A stretch of DNA of 64,000 bases, taken from NCBI GenBank assembly GCA_964395005.1, contig CAYMZW010000002.1:5422-69421 (forward strand), written 5' to 3'. Every line of letters begins with the position of its first letter. Within the stretch, counting starts at the first letter, position 1. Positions 32,946 to 42,836 of the stretch are shown piece by piece. Under the pieces are notes generated by a model. That model ran no database searches. It worked only from the letters and a program-made list of their open reading frames with translations, and had not been told where the DNA came from. The DNA is from an uncultured Rivularia sp. GTDB lineage: Bacteria; Cyanobacteriota; Cyanobacteriia; Cyanobacteriales; Nostocaceae. The position numbers were made by a program, and so were the translations under genes.

Positions 32946-33461
32946 TCACTTTTTCTTAGTTTTAGATTTTTTTCTTTTTAGTAATGTTTTCTTACTATCA
33001 ATATCAATAACTGTATTTTTGTAGTAAAAGCCACAATAAGGACAGTAGCAATGCTTAAAGGTTCTTACTGACTTTCTACATTTAAGACAATGAGAAATAA
33101 GCTCATGCCCGCACATGAAGCAGTGTAATGACCTAACATTGTTCCAAATGGGTTCTGTGGGTGTTCCTGGAGTCCAGCATTTAGGACAAAATTTTATACT
33201 AGTAAATGGTTGTAATATTTCGGAACCGTTACAAATTGCTTCTAAGTACTCGCTTGGTATTGATAAAGCCCTAGCTAATCCCCGGCGGGTTTTGTGACTT
33301 AATCTCGTGGTGATACCTCGTTCTATTTTCCCCAAGGAATGTAGGTGAATACCAGATGCATTGGCTAGCTGATTCTGACTCATTTTTAATTCCACGCGCA
33401 ACCGTTTGATGTAGTCCCCTACTGTTTCTTGTGGTAAAGGAGTGTTAAAAGTATCCATCAA
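32946..33461 (-). CDS. XRE-family HTH protein with a C-terminal multi-CxxC zinc ribbon
   Basis: LKMSQNQLANASGIHLHSLGKIERG; CPKC, CFMC, CLKC, CPYC. Confidence 0.8.
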   Translation of the reverse strand: MMDTFNTPLPQETVGDYIKRLRVELKMSQNQLANASGIHLHSLGKIERGITTRLSHKTRRGLARALSIPSEYLEAICNGSEILQPFTSIKFCPKCWTPGTPTEPIWNNVRSLHCFMCGHELISHCLKCRKSVRTFKHCYCPYCGFYYKNTVIDIDSKKTLLKRKKSKTKKK

Positions 33462-33542
33462 AAGTAATCACTATTTACCTAAAAAAGATATATTAAATAA
33501 TGATTGTTTGTCTCTATAGAATTTACATAATTTAGCATTAAA

Positions 33543-34427
33543 TTGACTGTTACTTTAGCCACTGTTATTACTGAATTTTTGTCACGTCCGGAAAGGGCGA
33601 AAAGTACTAAACGTACTTATGAATTGGCGTTAAAACCAATACTTTTAGAATACGGGAGTTGGGCGATTGAAATTATTGGTAAGAAGACTTTAGTTGAGTA
33701 TTTAAAAACTCTGGAAGACTGTAACTATACAACTCATCGTAAGTACCAAGCAATACTACAAAGTTTATTGAATTTTGCTGTTGAACAAGGTTATATCAAG
33801 TTCAATCCTATTCGTGGTTTAAAACAACGTCAGCCGAACTCAGAAAAAGGGGAGCATAAAACTGATGGAGCGATACGATATTTAACTACGATACAATTAA
33901 ATTTACTATACAAAGCTGTTGCATCTGATTTACGTATGAATGCCATAATACACCTATTACATCATTCAGGTTGCCGTATAGCAGAGCTTTTAGCGTTAAA
34001 TATAGATGATTTGGATTTTACGAAGCATAGATTTCAAGTCGTTGGTAAAGGCAATAAACAGCGTAGTTGTTATTTCGGTAACGCGGCTGCTGAGGCATTA
34101 AATAAATATATTAAATATGAGCGTCATAATACTGTAAATGCACTATTCACAGCCCAACAGCCAGTGACTAAAGTTGTCAGTAGAATTAGCTATCGTACAG
34201 TGCATGAATATTGGCGAAAATTAATAACTGATTACCCAGAGTTAGTTGGGATTAGAATACACGATTTACGGCATACTTTTGCGACTGAACGTGTTGGTTT
34301 AATGGGTATTGAGGAGTTGCGGGCGCTGATGGGGCATGAGAATATTCAAACAACTCTACGTTATCAAAAAGTTACGTCTGCTAGGGCAGAAGAAGTTGCA
34401 CGTCAAGCCCTAGAAAGATTGACTTAA
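33543..34427 (+). CDS. Tyrosine recombinase (probable transposon resolvase)
   Basis: GCRIAE, GKGNKQR, HDLRHTFAT, MGHENIQTTLRY. Confidence 0.92.
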   Translation: MTVTLATVITEFLSRPERAKSTKRTYELALKPILLEYGSWAIEIIGKKTLVEYLKTLEDCNYTTHRKYQAILQSLLNFAVEQGYIKFNPIRGLKQRQPNSEKGEHKTDGAIRYLTTIQLNLLYKAVASDLRMNAIIHLLHHSGCRIAELLALNIDDLDFTKHRFQVVGKGNKQRSCYFGNAAAEALNKYIKYERHNTVNALFTAQQPVTKVVSRISYRTVHEYWRKLITDYPELVGIRIHDLRHTFATERVGLMGIEELRALMGHENIQTTLRYQKVTSARAEEVARQALERLT

Positions 34428-34672
34428 ATTACTAAAAGTTTGTGTTTAGAAAGAGTATTTTTATTATCTATTTAAAACTATAGTGTGTATATAAAATTCT
34501 ATTTTTTACACAAATAAAAAATAAAAAAGCTGGTAGTTGAAGAGAATGCACTATACTCTGCGCCAGGAAAGTAAGATTAGCTGAAAAACAACTCACAAAA
34601 TCTAAATTATCGCAAGTATCTTAACAAAACTTTGCAACGTGTCCCATTTTGCACGTATCCCGGCTTTCCCCC

Positions 34673-34912
34673 AATAACGACAATCAGATCGGTCGGTTTC
34701 TCAAGTTCCGACAGCTTCAGCATTGCTTGGTAAATATACTCATGAGCGCCGATATAAAAATGGTGGGGCTTCAATTCATCGCGCACGCGAGCTAAAGCAT
34801 CAGGGTCGAGCAAAATACCGCCTAAAATGGCTTCTTCTGCTTCTATACACTGCGGTGGCACCTTGTCCAAGAAAGAAGCAAAATCAATGACTTTATTTTG
34901 TTTAGCAAACAC
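34673..34912 (-). pseudogene. DnaB helicase N-terminal fragment truncated by the transposon
   Basis: PPQCIEAEEAILGGILLDP, paralogous to 57188-58564; the reading frame enters the IR after LIVVI. Confidence 0.85.
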
Positions 34913-34959
34913 GGCAATTAGTAAAGTTAAAAAAAAGCACTACATCGTGGTTATTTCGT

Positions 34960-35813
34960 TCAGGAAGGTATGTCAACAAACTTATGTGGATACTTCACTA
35001 CTGCCCACTCATACCAAGCCTTAGAAGTGGGATTTTCACAAAACTTAGTCAATCCCTTGTTCGTTAGCGAAAAATATTGACCCTGATGCCTGCTGTCTTC
35101 CCAACTTTCAAAATCAAGAACCTTTGTACTACTCGCCGCCTCGCAATGTATTGATCCACTTGCATTGTTTTGCTTCTCCCACAGATTCCTTAACTCTTCA
35201 AAGTTGGCTTCAATCCATTTGTTTGGTAAAGTTGGCGGTTTTGGTAATTCAGCTATTTTCTTATTAACAAACTTTAAAAAACTTTCTCTCTCCTCTTCTG
35301 AGAGAGAGTCTTTAAAGTCTTAATAGTCTTAGGAGTTTCAGAATCTTTGTCTGGTAAGGGTTCTGGCTCTTGCTTGTTGCGTGATGATCGCGCTTGTTGC
35401 GGTGAGATCACGCTTGTTGCGTCACGATCGCACTCGTTGCCTGACGATCGCGCTTGTTGCGGTGAGGCAACACTGTTGTCTGTAGGCACCGTTGTTGTTT
35501 CATCGCAACAGTGAAGACCGCGTGGTGAAACTTTTATTTTTACTTTCAATAGCTCTAAATCGATAAATCCCTTTTTGTCCAAGGCTTTGAGCGCACGGCT
35601 AACCGTAGAACGATGCACTTCTTTATTTTCAGTTGATAGTCGTCTGGCTATCTCAGAGACTGACACCTCGACCCCATCGCCATAAGGGTCAAGTGTACGA
35701 AGGAAATACAATACCATCAACTGCGCGGGCGCGAGTTGTTGGCAAGCACTCACAAATTCCTCATGCTGAAGTGGGTAAAATTTTCCTTGTATTTTTGGGT
35801 TGTTTTGAGTCAT
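34960..35813 (-). pseudogene. Winged-helix replication-initiator-like protein (rep1), +2 frameshift at a (CT)n tract near 35300
   Basis: Paralog of 58561-59424 (VLY.LR.LDP.GD, KTIKT). Removing one CT gives KTLSEEERESFLKF... through to TGA at 34960. Confidence 0.75.
35375..35510. repeat. Iteron-like array inside rep1: 7 units at 19-20 bp spacing, consensus TGTTGC-N6-GCAACA (right half often degenerate)
   Basis: Units start at 35375, 35395, 35415, 35435, 35455, 35474 and 35493. Confidence 0.75.
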
Positions 35814-35820
35814 AATGTAC

Positions 35821-35873
35821 CTAAGTTTGAGTTAAGTTTGAACTAAGTTTGAATCAAACAAATAAAGTTTGAG
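35821..35873. repeat. AAGTTTGA direct repeats upstream of rep1
   Basis: ctaagtttgag ttaagtttgaa ctaagtttgaa ... taaagtttgag (11-bp period). Confidence 0.6.
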
Positions 35874-36184
35874 ATTTGAACATTGCCCCGGTCTGCCAGG
35901 ATTGGGGCTAATTTTTTGCATCTTTATATCTAGCAAGACACCGGCATAAGATATACTGGTCGCTGTAATTGCGCGCAGCAAACATTAAAAATTGACTTAA
36001 TTAGCATTTGGACAAAAATAATCTGTGTCATAATACAAGCAAGCAAATCTTGACCCATTACTGATAAGTAAGGGTGCAAATTCTTTTGTCTTCATTTTTT
36101 ACGAAATACGGATTGTCAGATAGCTTTGCTACTGATAGTTTATGAATATATCATATCGGTTCCACAAAGAAGCACTTACTAAGA

Positions 36185-36526
36185 ATGAATTTTCATAGAG
36201 AAATATTACGAGATGCAATAGCTGCTAGCGGTATAAGCTACAGGGAGCTTGCTAGTAAAGCTGGTATTAGTAACAGCGTTCTTAGTAAGTTCTTGAATGG
36301 TAAACAAGATATGATGTGTACTACTTATTTCGGTGTTTTAGAAGCACTGCCGGAACCGCACCAATCGGTAGCAAGACAAAAGCTTGCAGCTGGTAATCAG
36401 ATCAATTTGGAAACCCTACTAATTAATGCCTCTGAAAAAGAGAGGGCTGCTGCAATGCGTATAATTGCAGACTATTGGTTTAGTAACGAAATTCCTCAAA
36501 AAACCAGCAAACTAGCAGCAGCGTAG
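36185..36526 (+). CDS. XRE-family HTH regulator divergent from rep1
   Basis: ISYRELASKAGISNSVLSKFLNGK. Confidence 0.85.
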   Translation: MNFHREILRDAIAASGISYRELASKAGISNSVLSKFLNGKQDMMCTTYFGVLEALPEPHQSVARQKLAAGNQINLETLLINASEKERAAAMRIIADYWFSNEIPQKTSKLAAA

Positions 36527-36599
36527 GTTTTTTTATCAAAAAATCAAAGATATCTATCGTTACCGTTACTTCAGCCCTAATTGCTTAGAATCAAATAAT

Positions 36600-36728
36600 T
36601 CATTCTGCTATTTTGAGGTAGTAAAGGACATTTTTATCTGCTGGTACGAATTCTTTACAAGCCCTTAACCATTCTTCATGAGCATAGTGGGTAAATTTTC
36701 CTTGAATTCTGCTACTACTTTGAGTCAT
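36600..36728 (-). pseudogene. Truncated 42-aa remnant of a third rep paralog
   Basis: MTQSSSRIQGKFTHYAHEEWLRACKEFVPADKNVLYYLK aligns with rep1 MTQNNPKIQGKFYPLQHEEFVSACQQLAPAQLMVLYFLR; the upstream leader is also shared. Confidence 0.75.
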
Positions 36729-36939
36729 AATGCACCTACAAGTTTTTTATTTTTTTAGTTTGCTCCAGTTTGTATGAATAACAGGAGCAGATTTTTTATT
36801 GGAGTACGGCATAGGTATATTGCGTCCTACTCCAATGAGCTAAGATATTGCTAGGATAAAGATAGTTAAAGCTTCGTTTAAGTAACTTGCCTATCTTCTT
36901 AAAAAGATATTTAATCATTTTAAGAACTCTTTAATTAAT

Positions 36940-37323
36940 TTGTCGCAAAAAATGCAAGAAATCGTTACAAAAGGTATGGAGACGCATCAAAAGCTGTTCG
37001 ACGAAATGCTTGAACGTTTTGACATATCAGCTAAAGAAATTTCTCAATTGATAGGGGTTTCCGAAGTTACTTTATCTCGATTCCGGCGTGGTAAGGGAGA
37101 TTTGCTAACAACAAAATTTTTGGCTTTACTATTAGTTCTTCCTGAAGATGCAAGAGAATGGTACATCTCGCAATTAGTTGGCTCTAAACCAAAAACTAAT
37201 TTACGATCGCTTGTAATGGAAGCATCTCCTCAAGAAAAAGCAGAAGTTCTTAATGCTCTTGCTGTTTGGATCGCTCAATGCCGTGAAAGTAAAGATTCTA
37301 GCCACTTACCGCAAGCAGTATAG
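36940..37323 (+). CDS. XRE-family HTH regulator
   Basis: ISAKEISQLIGVSEVTLSRFRRGK; paralog of 36185 and 59648. Confidence 0.85.
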   Translation: MSQKMQEIVTKGMETHQKLFDEMLERFDISAKEISQLIGVSEVTLSRFRRGKGDLLTTKFLALLLVLPEDAREWYISQLVGSKPKTNLRSLVMEASPQEKAEVLNALAVWIAQCRESKDSSHLPQAV

Positions 37324-37468
37324 AAAAGGTATGACTTGAACAAGAACAACGATTTCTGAAATAGGGGAATTCGTGGTATTTGATTTCGCCACCTGTCATA
37401 AGATAAGCGAACGAATACAAAGCTCACTATTAGAACGTTAACGTTACAAACTAACGATTATTTTTAAT

Positions 37469-39103
37469 CTAATTGTTTTTGTTGTTGTTCAAATCGCGCA
37501 CATCACCCCAAAACGAAGTAATTACAGGTGCAAACTCCGACGTATCTTCACTACTAGCAGGTTGTGCAAAATATTTAGCTCGGTTTGCGATCGCCAAAAT
37601 CCGATCGGTATCTCTGACATACAGCGGAACCATTTTTTCCCGCTGTTCCAACAATTCTCTTAACCCAATATTCATTTTTAGTCCTTGGTGAAACAGTTTG
37701 CGTGCAGCCTTCTCTACCATTCGCGTTAATTCCGCACCAGTACAATTAACAGTTTTATTAAGAATAATTCGCCATTCCTTCTGTGTTAGTACATCTCCAG
37801 TTTGATATCGCTTATCGAATCTTGCCAAATGCATCATCAAAATTTCCTTACGCTCGTAAGCTTGAGGAAAATCGACGTAAAATATTTCATCAAATCTTCC
37901 CATCCTTGTTAACTCTGGTGGTAATGCATCAATTCTATTGAGAGTAGCAACAACAAATACTGGAGTGGTTTTATCTTGCAACCAAGTAAGTAGAGTCCCT
38001 AAAATCTGTGTGGAATTATTATCCCCGCTACTAGTAGATATAGAAAATAGTTTATCCAACTCGTCAAAATAAAGCACCACAGGAGCGCAAGCTTCTACTC
38101 TTTCTAAAGTGCGCTTTAAATATGTAGCACCACCGCTTATAACGGCTGCGGTATCCACACTGATAAGGGGAAAGCCCAGAATAGAAGCACAAACATTTGC
38201 TGCTAAAGTTTTACCAGTTCCAGGTGGTCCCACTAACAAGCATCCCTTGGGAAGAGAAATATTCACTTTTCTAGCTTCCGTCGAAAAATCCAGCTTGGCT
38301 TGCTCTATAAACCTTTTGAACAAATCCAAACCGCCAAAATCAGGTACGCTTGGCTTTGAAACAAAATTCAAATTTAAAGAACGAAAACGATTAATCTTGT
38401 AAGCAAGAAGTTGTTTGGATAAATCATAAATATTTAATATTTTAATTTGACGAACAGCGATTGCTAACCCTAAGCGAATCTCCTCAATAGTCAAACCCGA
38501 AGCAGCATTTATTATGCTTGATATATCAATCTTAGGGGAAGAAAATGGTAAATTTGCTTGTAGGAAATGAGTAATATCTTTGGTAGAAGGTAATGGATTA
38601 AATAGAGTCGGAATTAAACTAGCAAGAGTTGAGGGTATTTCAACATTATCAGTGGTCAAAATAATGAGTTTTTTGAAGAAACTACTATTTTCAAGTTCAT
38701 AGTAGATATTTACTATTTTTGATATGAGTTTGTGAGAAAATAATTTATCTTCTTCTGACGTATCATTTCCTAAAGAGAATAAGTTTTCAAAGACAAAAAT
38801 CCCTTCTCTTTCAGAATTCATTAAAAACTCAAAAACATCAAAAATATCTTGGTCATGCTTACACAAACAACTTGAATGTATAGTGGAGAAATTTATTTTA
38901 CCTATTTCATTACAATCAACTTGTTCCATGCACCCCCAACCAGAATTCCATAAATATACAGAAACATTTTTTAAAGAAGCACTGTTTTTTATAATCGACT
39001 TTAAAACAGTTGCACGCTCTCTGGTTGAAGCAGTTACGTTGACAATAGGAACACCTGAATCAACCAATACGTTTAAATAAGATAAGTCCATGTCAGAAGG
39101 CAA
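37469..39103 (-). CDS. AAA+ ATPase (Ycf46-like)
   Basis: GPPGTGKT, LYFDELDK, LPPELTRMGRFDEIFYVD. Confidence 0.88.
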   Translation of the reverse strand: MPSDMDLSYLNVLVDSGVPIVNVTASTRERATVLKSIIKNSASLKNVSVYLWNSGWGCMEQVDCNEIGKINFSTIHSSCLCKHDQDIFDVFEFLMNSEREGIFVFENLFSLGNDTSEEDKLFSHKLISKIVNIYYELENSSFFKKLIILTTDNVEIPSTLASLIPTLFNPLPSTKDITHFLQANLPFSSPKIDISSIINAASGLTIEEIRLGLAIAVRQIKILNIYDLSKQLLAYKINRFRSLNLNFVSKPSVPDFGGLDLFKRFIEQAKLDFSTEARKVNISLPKGCLLVGPPGTGKTLAANVCASILGFPLISVDTAAVISGGATYLKRTLERVEACAPVVLYFDELDKLFSISTSSGDNNSTQILGTLLTWLQDKTTPVFVVATLNRIDALPPELTRMGRFDEIFYVDFPQAYERKEILMMHLARFDKRYQTGDVLTQKEWRIILNKTVNCTGAELTRMVEKAARKLFHQGLKMNIGLRELLEQREKMVPLYVRDTDRILAIANRAKYFAQPASSEDTSEFAPVITSFWGDVRDLNNNKNN

Positions 39104-39206
39104 TAGGTAAAGGGCAGTAGGCAGAAGGAAAGAAGATAAATAAACATCTTAAAGCTTCTTACAGATAATATTTATTTAGGTATAATTAGCTGACCATTAT
39201 TAATAG

Positions 39207-40598
39207 TTATTCCATCATTAATTCCCTCCTGCCTTCTGCCACCTGCCTACTGCCTTCAACCTGCGACGGTTGCAGCTTTGGTAGAATTTGTTCAAAATAA
39301 TTTAAATCTTTCTGGCTCATATTAGTTTTTAGCTTTCCTCCATCCTTTTCTAACAACACACCGCGTCCATCTTTCGCCTCAATATGCACGTTTCCTTGAG
39401 GGCTAGCTCGCCATTTATAAGAAAATACACCGTCAATTTCTACTTCTTGTTGTTGAGCGATGGCATACTGTACTAAGGCATTAGTAACTTTCTCTACAAC
39501 CTTAAAATACTCAGCTTCTTGTTTACCTATAGGAGTAAAAGTTGTAGGTAGAGGTTCATTTTTCTTTAGAGAATGTCGTAAACTGCTAATATCTTGAATT
39601 TGTGTGCTGTCCAAATTTCCTTGTTCAACTTTTACGCCCAAAGGGGTTGAACGAAACTGCATTATTTGTTTACCTGTTGCTTCGCTAGATACTTCGTATA
39701 AAGCACCTTGACGAGAAATTTGATATTCTCCAGCAGTATATTGATTTGCTCCAGGTTGTGTTTGGAGATAAAATAAAGTTTTTAAAGATGCAGCACTGCT
39801 ATGTTGCACAGAATTCTCTTTGAATTCGCGTATTCCCATTTTTATAGCAGAATTCACGCTTTGAACCACAGTTGAGACATTATTAATAGCTTGCTGCCAC
39901 CATGAAGTATTTTTGGGTTGCTGCAATCTTTGTTCGATTAGCTCTTTATAAAAACTGCGTTCTTGCTGTAATGCTTTTAATTCAGTTTTTAATTGCTCAA
40001 CCTCTGATATAAGTATATTTTTTATAGGGCTATCTTCTAGAACTTGAAGAGATTCTTTAACTCTCGTTGAGCCATTGATAAATGGTAAACTTATATCTTC
40101 TTTTATTTCAGGTTTTTGGTTATTAGAATTGTTGATTAAAGAATGGCTGTCATAATCTTGCTTCTCATCAACTATATTACTCGTTTCAAAAACTTCAGAT
40201 TTACTTCGACTTTGATTTGATTCAGATTGTAAAAAATTATTAACAAGTACTTTACCATCTCGATCGCTCTGTAGAATAACCTTTCCGTCTAATTCAACTT
40301 TTTTATTTATTACTCCCGAAGCTACATCACCAGCAGGAGTAGAGCGTAATTCTTGAAGTTCGGCAATTAGTTGAGGATTTAAAAGCTGTCCTGATATTCC
40401 AGAAATATCATCTCTAAATTGATTATTATCTCGTCCATAAATCAACCTATCACCATCAAATATTTTCAAATCTTGTTGTTGTTTGTCTCCTGAATTTTCG
40501 GTATTTAATAAAGTTCGCAATAATGTTTCAATTACTCGCTCGTAATGCTGTTGAATTGCAGTTGCATCACCAGAGTTTAAAGTAAATATGTCACTCAT
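39207..40598 (-). CDS. Hypothetical protein of the transfer operon
   Basis: 463-aa ORF translationally coupled to the upstream gene; central coiled coil. Confidence 0.75.
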   Translation of the reverse strand: MSDIFTLNSGDATAIQQHYERVIETLLRTLLNTENSGDKQQQDLKIFDGDRLIYGRDNNQFRDDISGISGQLLNPQLIAELQELRSTPAGDVASGVINKKVELDGKVILQSDRDGKVLVNNFLQSESNQSRSKSEVFETSNIVDEKQDYDSHSLINNSNNQKPEIKEDISLPFINGSTRVKESLQVLEDSPIKNILISEVEQLKTELKALQQERSFYKELIEQRLQQPKNTSWWQQAINNVSTVVQSVNSAIKMGIREFKENSVQHSSAASLKTLFYLQTQPGANQYTAGEYQISRQGALYEVSSEATGKQIMQFRSTPLGVKVEQGNLDSTQIQDISSLRHSLKKNEPLPTTFTPIGKQEAEYFKVVEKVTNALVQYAIAQQQEVEIDGVFSYKWRASPQGNVHIEAKDGRGVLLEKDGGKLKTNMSQKDLNYFEQILPKLQPSQVEGSRQVAEGRRELMME

Positions 40599-40915
40599 AA
40601 TGTTAGTTCTTCCCGTATTGCTATACGATTTAGAAGCATATGCAAATCCACATAAAAAATTGCTAATTCTCCATCAAACATCCAAGCTACAAATTTGCTT
40701 TGCTGATTACTTGAACGTTTACATTCATAGCATCCAAACTTATTAATTTTGCCAGCTAATAAACCATATTGGTCAAATATTTCTATGACGAAAGGACAGT
40801 AGCCTACATCTAATTGTGGTTTATCAATAGCGGACATCAACATTTTCTGCCATTGGGGATACTTCTCTAAAAGAGATGAAACCTCTGTATTCCAGTGTGT
40901 TTGTAGTGTTTGCAT
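40595..40915 (-). CDS. Hypothetical protein
   Basis: ATG start; 4-bp overlap with the downstream gene. Confidence 0.7.
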   Translation of the reverse strand: MQTLQTHWNTEVSSLLEKYPQWQKMLMSAIDKPQLDVGYCPFVIEIFDQYGLLAGKINKFGCYECKRSSNQQSKFVAWMFDGELAIFYVDLHMLLNRIAIREELTL

Positions 40916-40982
40916 TTTTTTATTATCAATATTTTTGATTTTGCCGAAAGTAATAAAAACATAGATGTCCTCAACATCTCAT

Positions 40983-42836
40983 TTAAAACACACTCGCAAG
41001 CTCTTGAGGAGAAGGTAAAGCACCAGGTTGTTCGGGTAGTGGAAACAATTCTTCTGCTAAATGAACTCGTTCCAAAAACTGATTAGAACGTTCAGAATCG
41101 TTAATTTGTACTCTGTTATTCTGAACCAGCTTTTCTCGGATAAATTCCCATTTATTCTCAGACCAGTTCATTTGTTGGATATCTGATAAAGGAACCTTTA
41201 TTTTTTGCAACAGGGGAACGTAAGCTTCCGTACCCCTCTGATAAGCTGGGTTAATAATGACTGCCCTTCCAGTACCCATCTTGGCAAACTGAGCAGGTTC
41301 TAATAAATGCCTTTTTTGATGATGTTCGTTAGTACTGCGAGAGCCTCCACCTTTACCCGTACTGCGAGATTTAGAATTAAACTGAATCTCCATTTCTCCC
41401 AGGTAGTCGCTGAATAACTTTGCAGATTCGGGGTCTTGGGGATTAAAGATAAATTTAGTTGCAGTACCACCCAAAATAGCTCTTGTCAGTTCCTTTCCGT
41501 AAACTTTCTCTAATTGAGCAATATTTTGATATCCTAAAATCCCAACAAACCCATCTTCCCTATTTTCGTTAAGCCAATTTACTAAGGCTGGTAGATACAA
41601 AGTTGGTAATTCATCTAATGCCACAACTAAAGGATCGGAACGGGGTACGGTACGCGATACATTGCGGGTGACAATCATATGTAATATAGCCGCAAGTAAC
41701 GGACCAACAATATCTCGGTTATTTCTATCCAGCCCAAATACAATTAACTGCTTTCCATCTAAATCAAGCGGTAGCGTTGTTTTGCCACAAAATGCACCTA
41801 CAAAGTCGCGTTTGAGAAAACGCTGAAACATTCTTTGTGCGGTACCAATAATTGATACTGCTGTTTTTTCAGAATCTTTAACGCTGATAAGTTGAGAAAG
41901 CGGACGTGAAGTCCATACCTTAAGTTTATCTTTGGAAGCAGCTTCCATACGCGCCGCTAAATTTGGTAAAGATAAAATTGCTTGCGCCATCATTAAGTCA
42001 CAATATTTATCATCTCCGGTTAAAGTTTTAACTGCTTTTGTTACTAATAAAATACCTTCAACCAAACTATCTCCAGCTTCTTCAAAGAATTTATCGCTGT
42101 TGTTATTACTACGGTCAAAATTGCGAGAAATAACGTGCGTCAATTGTCCGGCTGCGATAGCGTCTTCCTCATCCTGTAATAAATCCAGAGGATTACAAGT
42201 CTCGCTTTCAGGAAATCCCGGCGCAAACACCCGCACCTTATAACCACGTTTCATTGCATAAGCTACGGCTCGTTTGGTTTGCGCCGGATACTTAAAATCA
42301 TAAAGACACATCGGAAATCCTTGGTCAAAAGCACTGCGGAGCAAGGGGTCTATAACTGAGAATGTTTTACCAGAACCTGCTGCACCAATAGCAGAAATTC
42401 CTCTTTGAGCATCAGGGAAATATAATGTTTTTTCTGGCTCTTTCCACCTATGTAGTTTTTGAGTAAAAGTAGGTTTAGTTTTTAATAGTCCTTTCTCATG
42501 CCACTGTTTTTCGATTTGCGAACGTATATCCGGTGGAGTACCAACATAGAGCGCTACTGAGTTACGAATTGGTTTGGCAATCTGCTTTTTAGCCCTACGT
42601 TTAGCTTTATGTTTTTCGCGTTTACCACCCCAGTAACTGGTTGCTACTTTACCCTTATGATCACTGCCGGATAAGAAATTGAAAATGGCGATCGCCACAA
42701 AACAGCCTATAAGTATCAGCCCAGATTGTGACTTCATTAAATCTGTCAGCCTTTCAATCTGTAAGGTCGGTGTTGTTGTCGTTGTCTGTAATTTAATAGT
42801 TGTCATTTTTTTGTTTTTTGTTCGATGGTTGTCCAA
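40983..42836 (-). CDS. Type IV coupling protein (VirD4/TraD/TraG-like)
   Basis: N-terminal TM segment, Walker A GAAGSGKT, YDFKYP, Walker B VALDELP, QNIAQLEKVYG. Confidence 0.9.
   Translation of the reverse strand: MDNHRTKNKKMTTIKLQTTTTTPTLQIERLTDLMKSQSGLILIGCFVAIAIFNFLSGSDHKGKVATSYWGGKREKHKAKRRAKKQIAKPIRNSVALYVGTPPDIRSQIEKQWHEKGLLKTKPTFTQKLHRWKEPEKTLYFPDAQRGISAIGAAGSGKTFSVIDPLLRSAFDQGFPMCLYDFKYPAQTKRAVAYAMKRGYKVRVFAPGFPESETCNPLDLLQDEEDAIAAGQLTHVISRNFDRSNNNSDKFFEEAGDSLVEGILLVTKAVKTLTGDDKYCDLMMAQAILSLPNLAARMEAASKDKLKVWTSRPLSQLISVKDSEKTAVSIIGTAQRMFQRFLKRDFVGAFCGKTTLPLDLDGKQLIVFGLDRNNRDIVGPLLAAILHMIVTRNVSRTVPRSDPLVVALDELPTLYLPALVNWLNENREDGFVGILGYQNIAQLEKVYGKELTRAILGGTATKFIFNPQDPESAKLFSDYLGEMEIQFNSKSRSTGKGGGSRSTNEHHQKRHLLEPAQFAKMGTGRAVIINPAYQRGTEAYVPLLQKIKVPLSDIQQMNWSENKWEFIREKLVQNNRVQINDSERSNQFLERVHLAEELFPLPEQPGALPSPQELASVF

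Larger units (their letters stand above)
29781..34672. mobile_element. Tn3-family transposon with a tyrosine recombinase (Tn4651-like organisation)
   Basis: Terminal IRs GGGGGAAAGCCGGGATACGTGCAAAATGGGACACGTTG are identical for 38 bp and similar to ~49 bp. No 5-bp target duplication. Confidence 0.92.

Noticed and set aside
33543-34427. ICE or prophage integrase
   Set aside because: It lies inside the Tn3 IRs, so a resolvase role is more parsimonious.
39097-39257. GGCAG(T/A)A heptamer clusters (also ~52490-52511)
   Set aside because: Ordinary STRR-type repeats of filamentous cyanobacteria.
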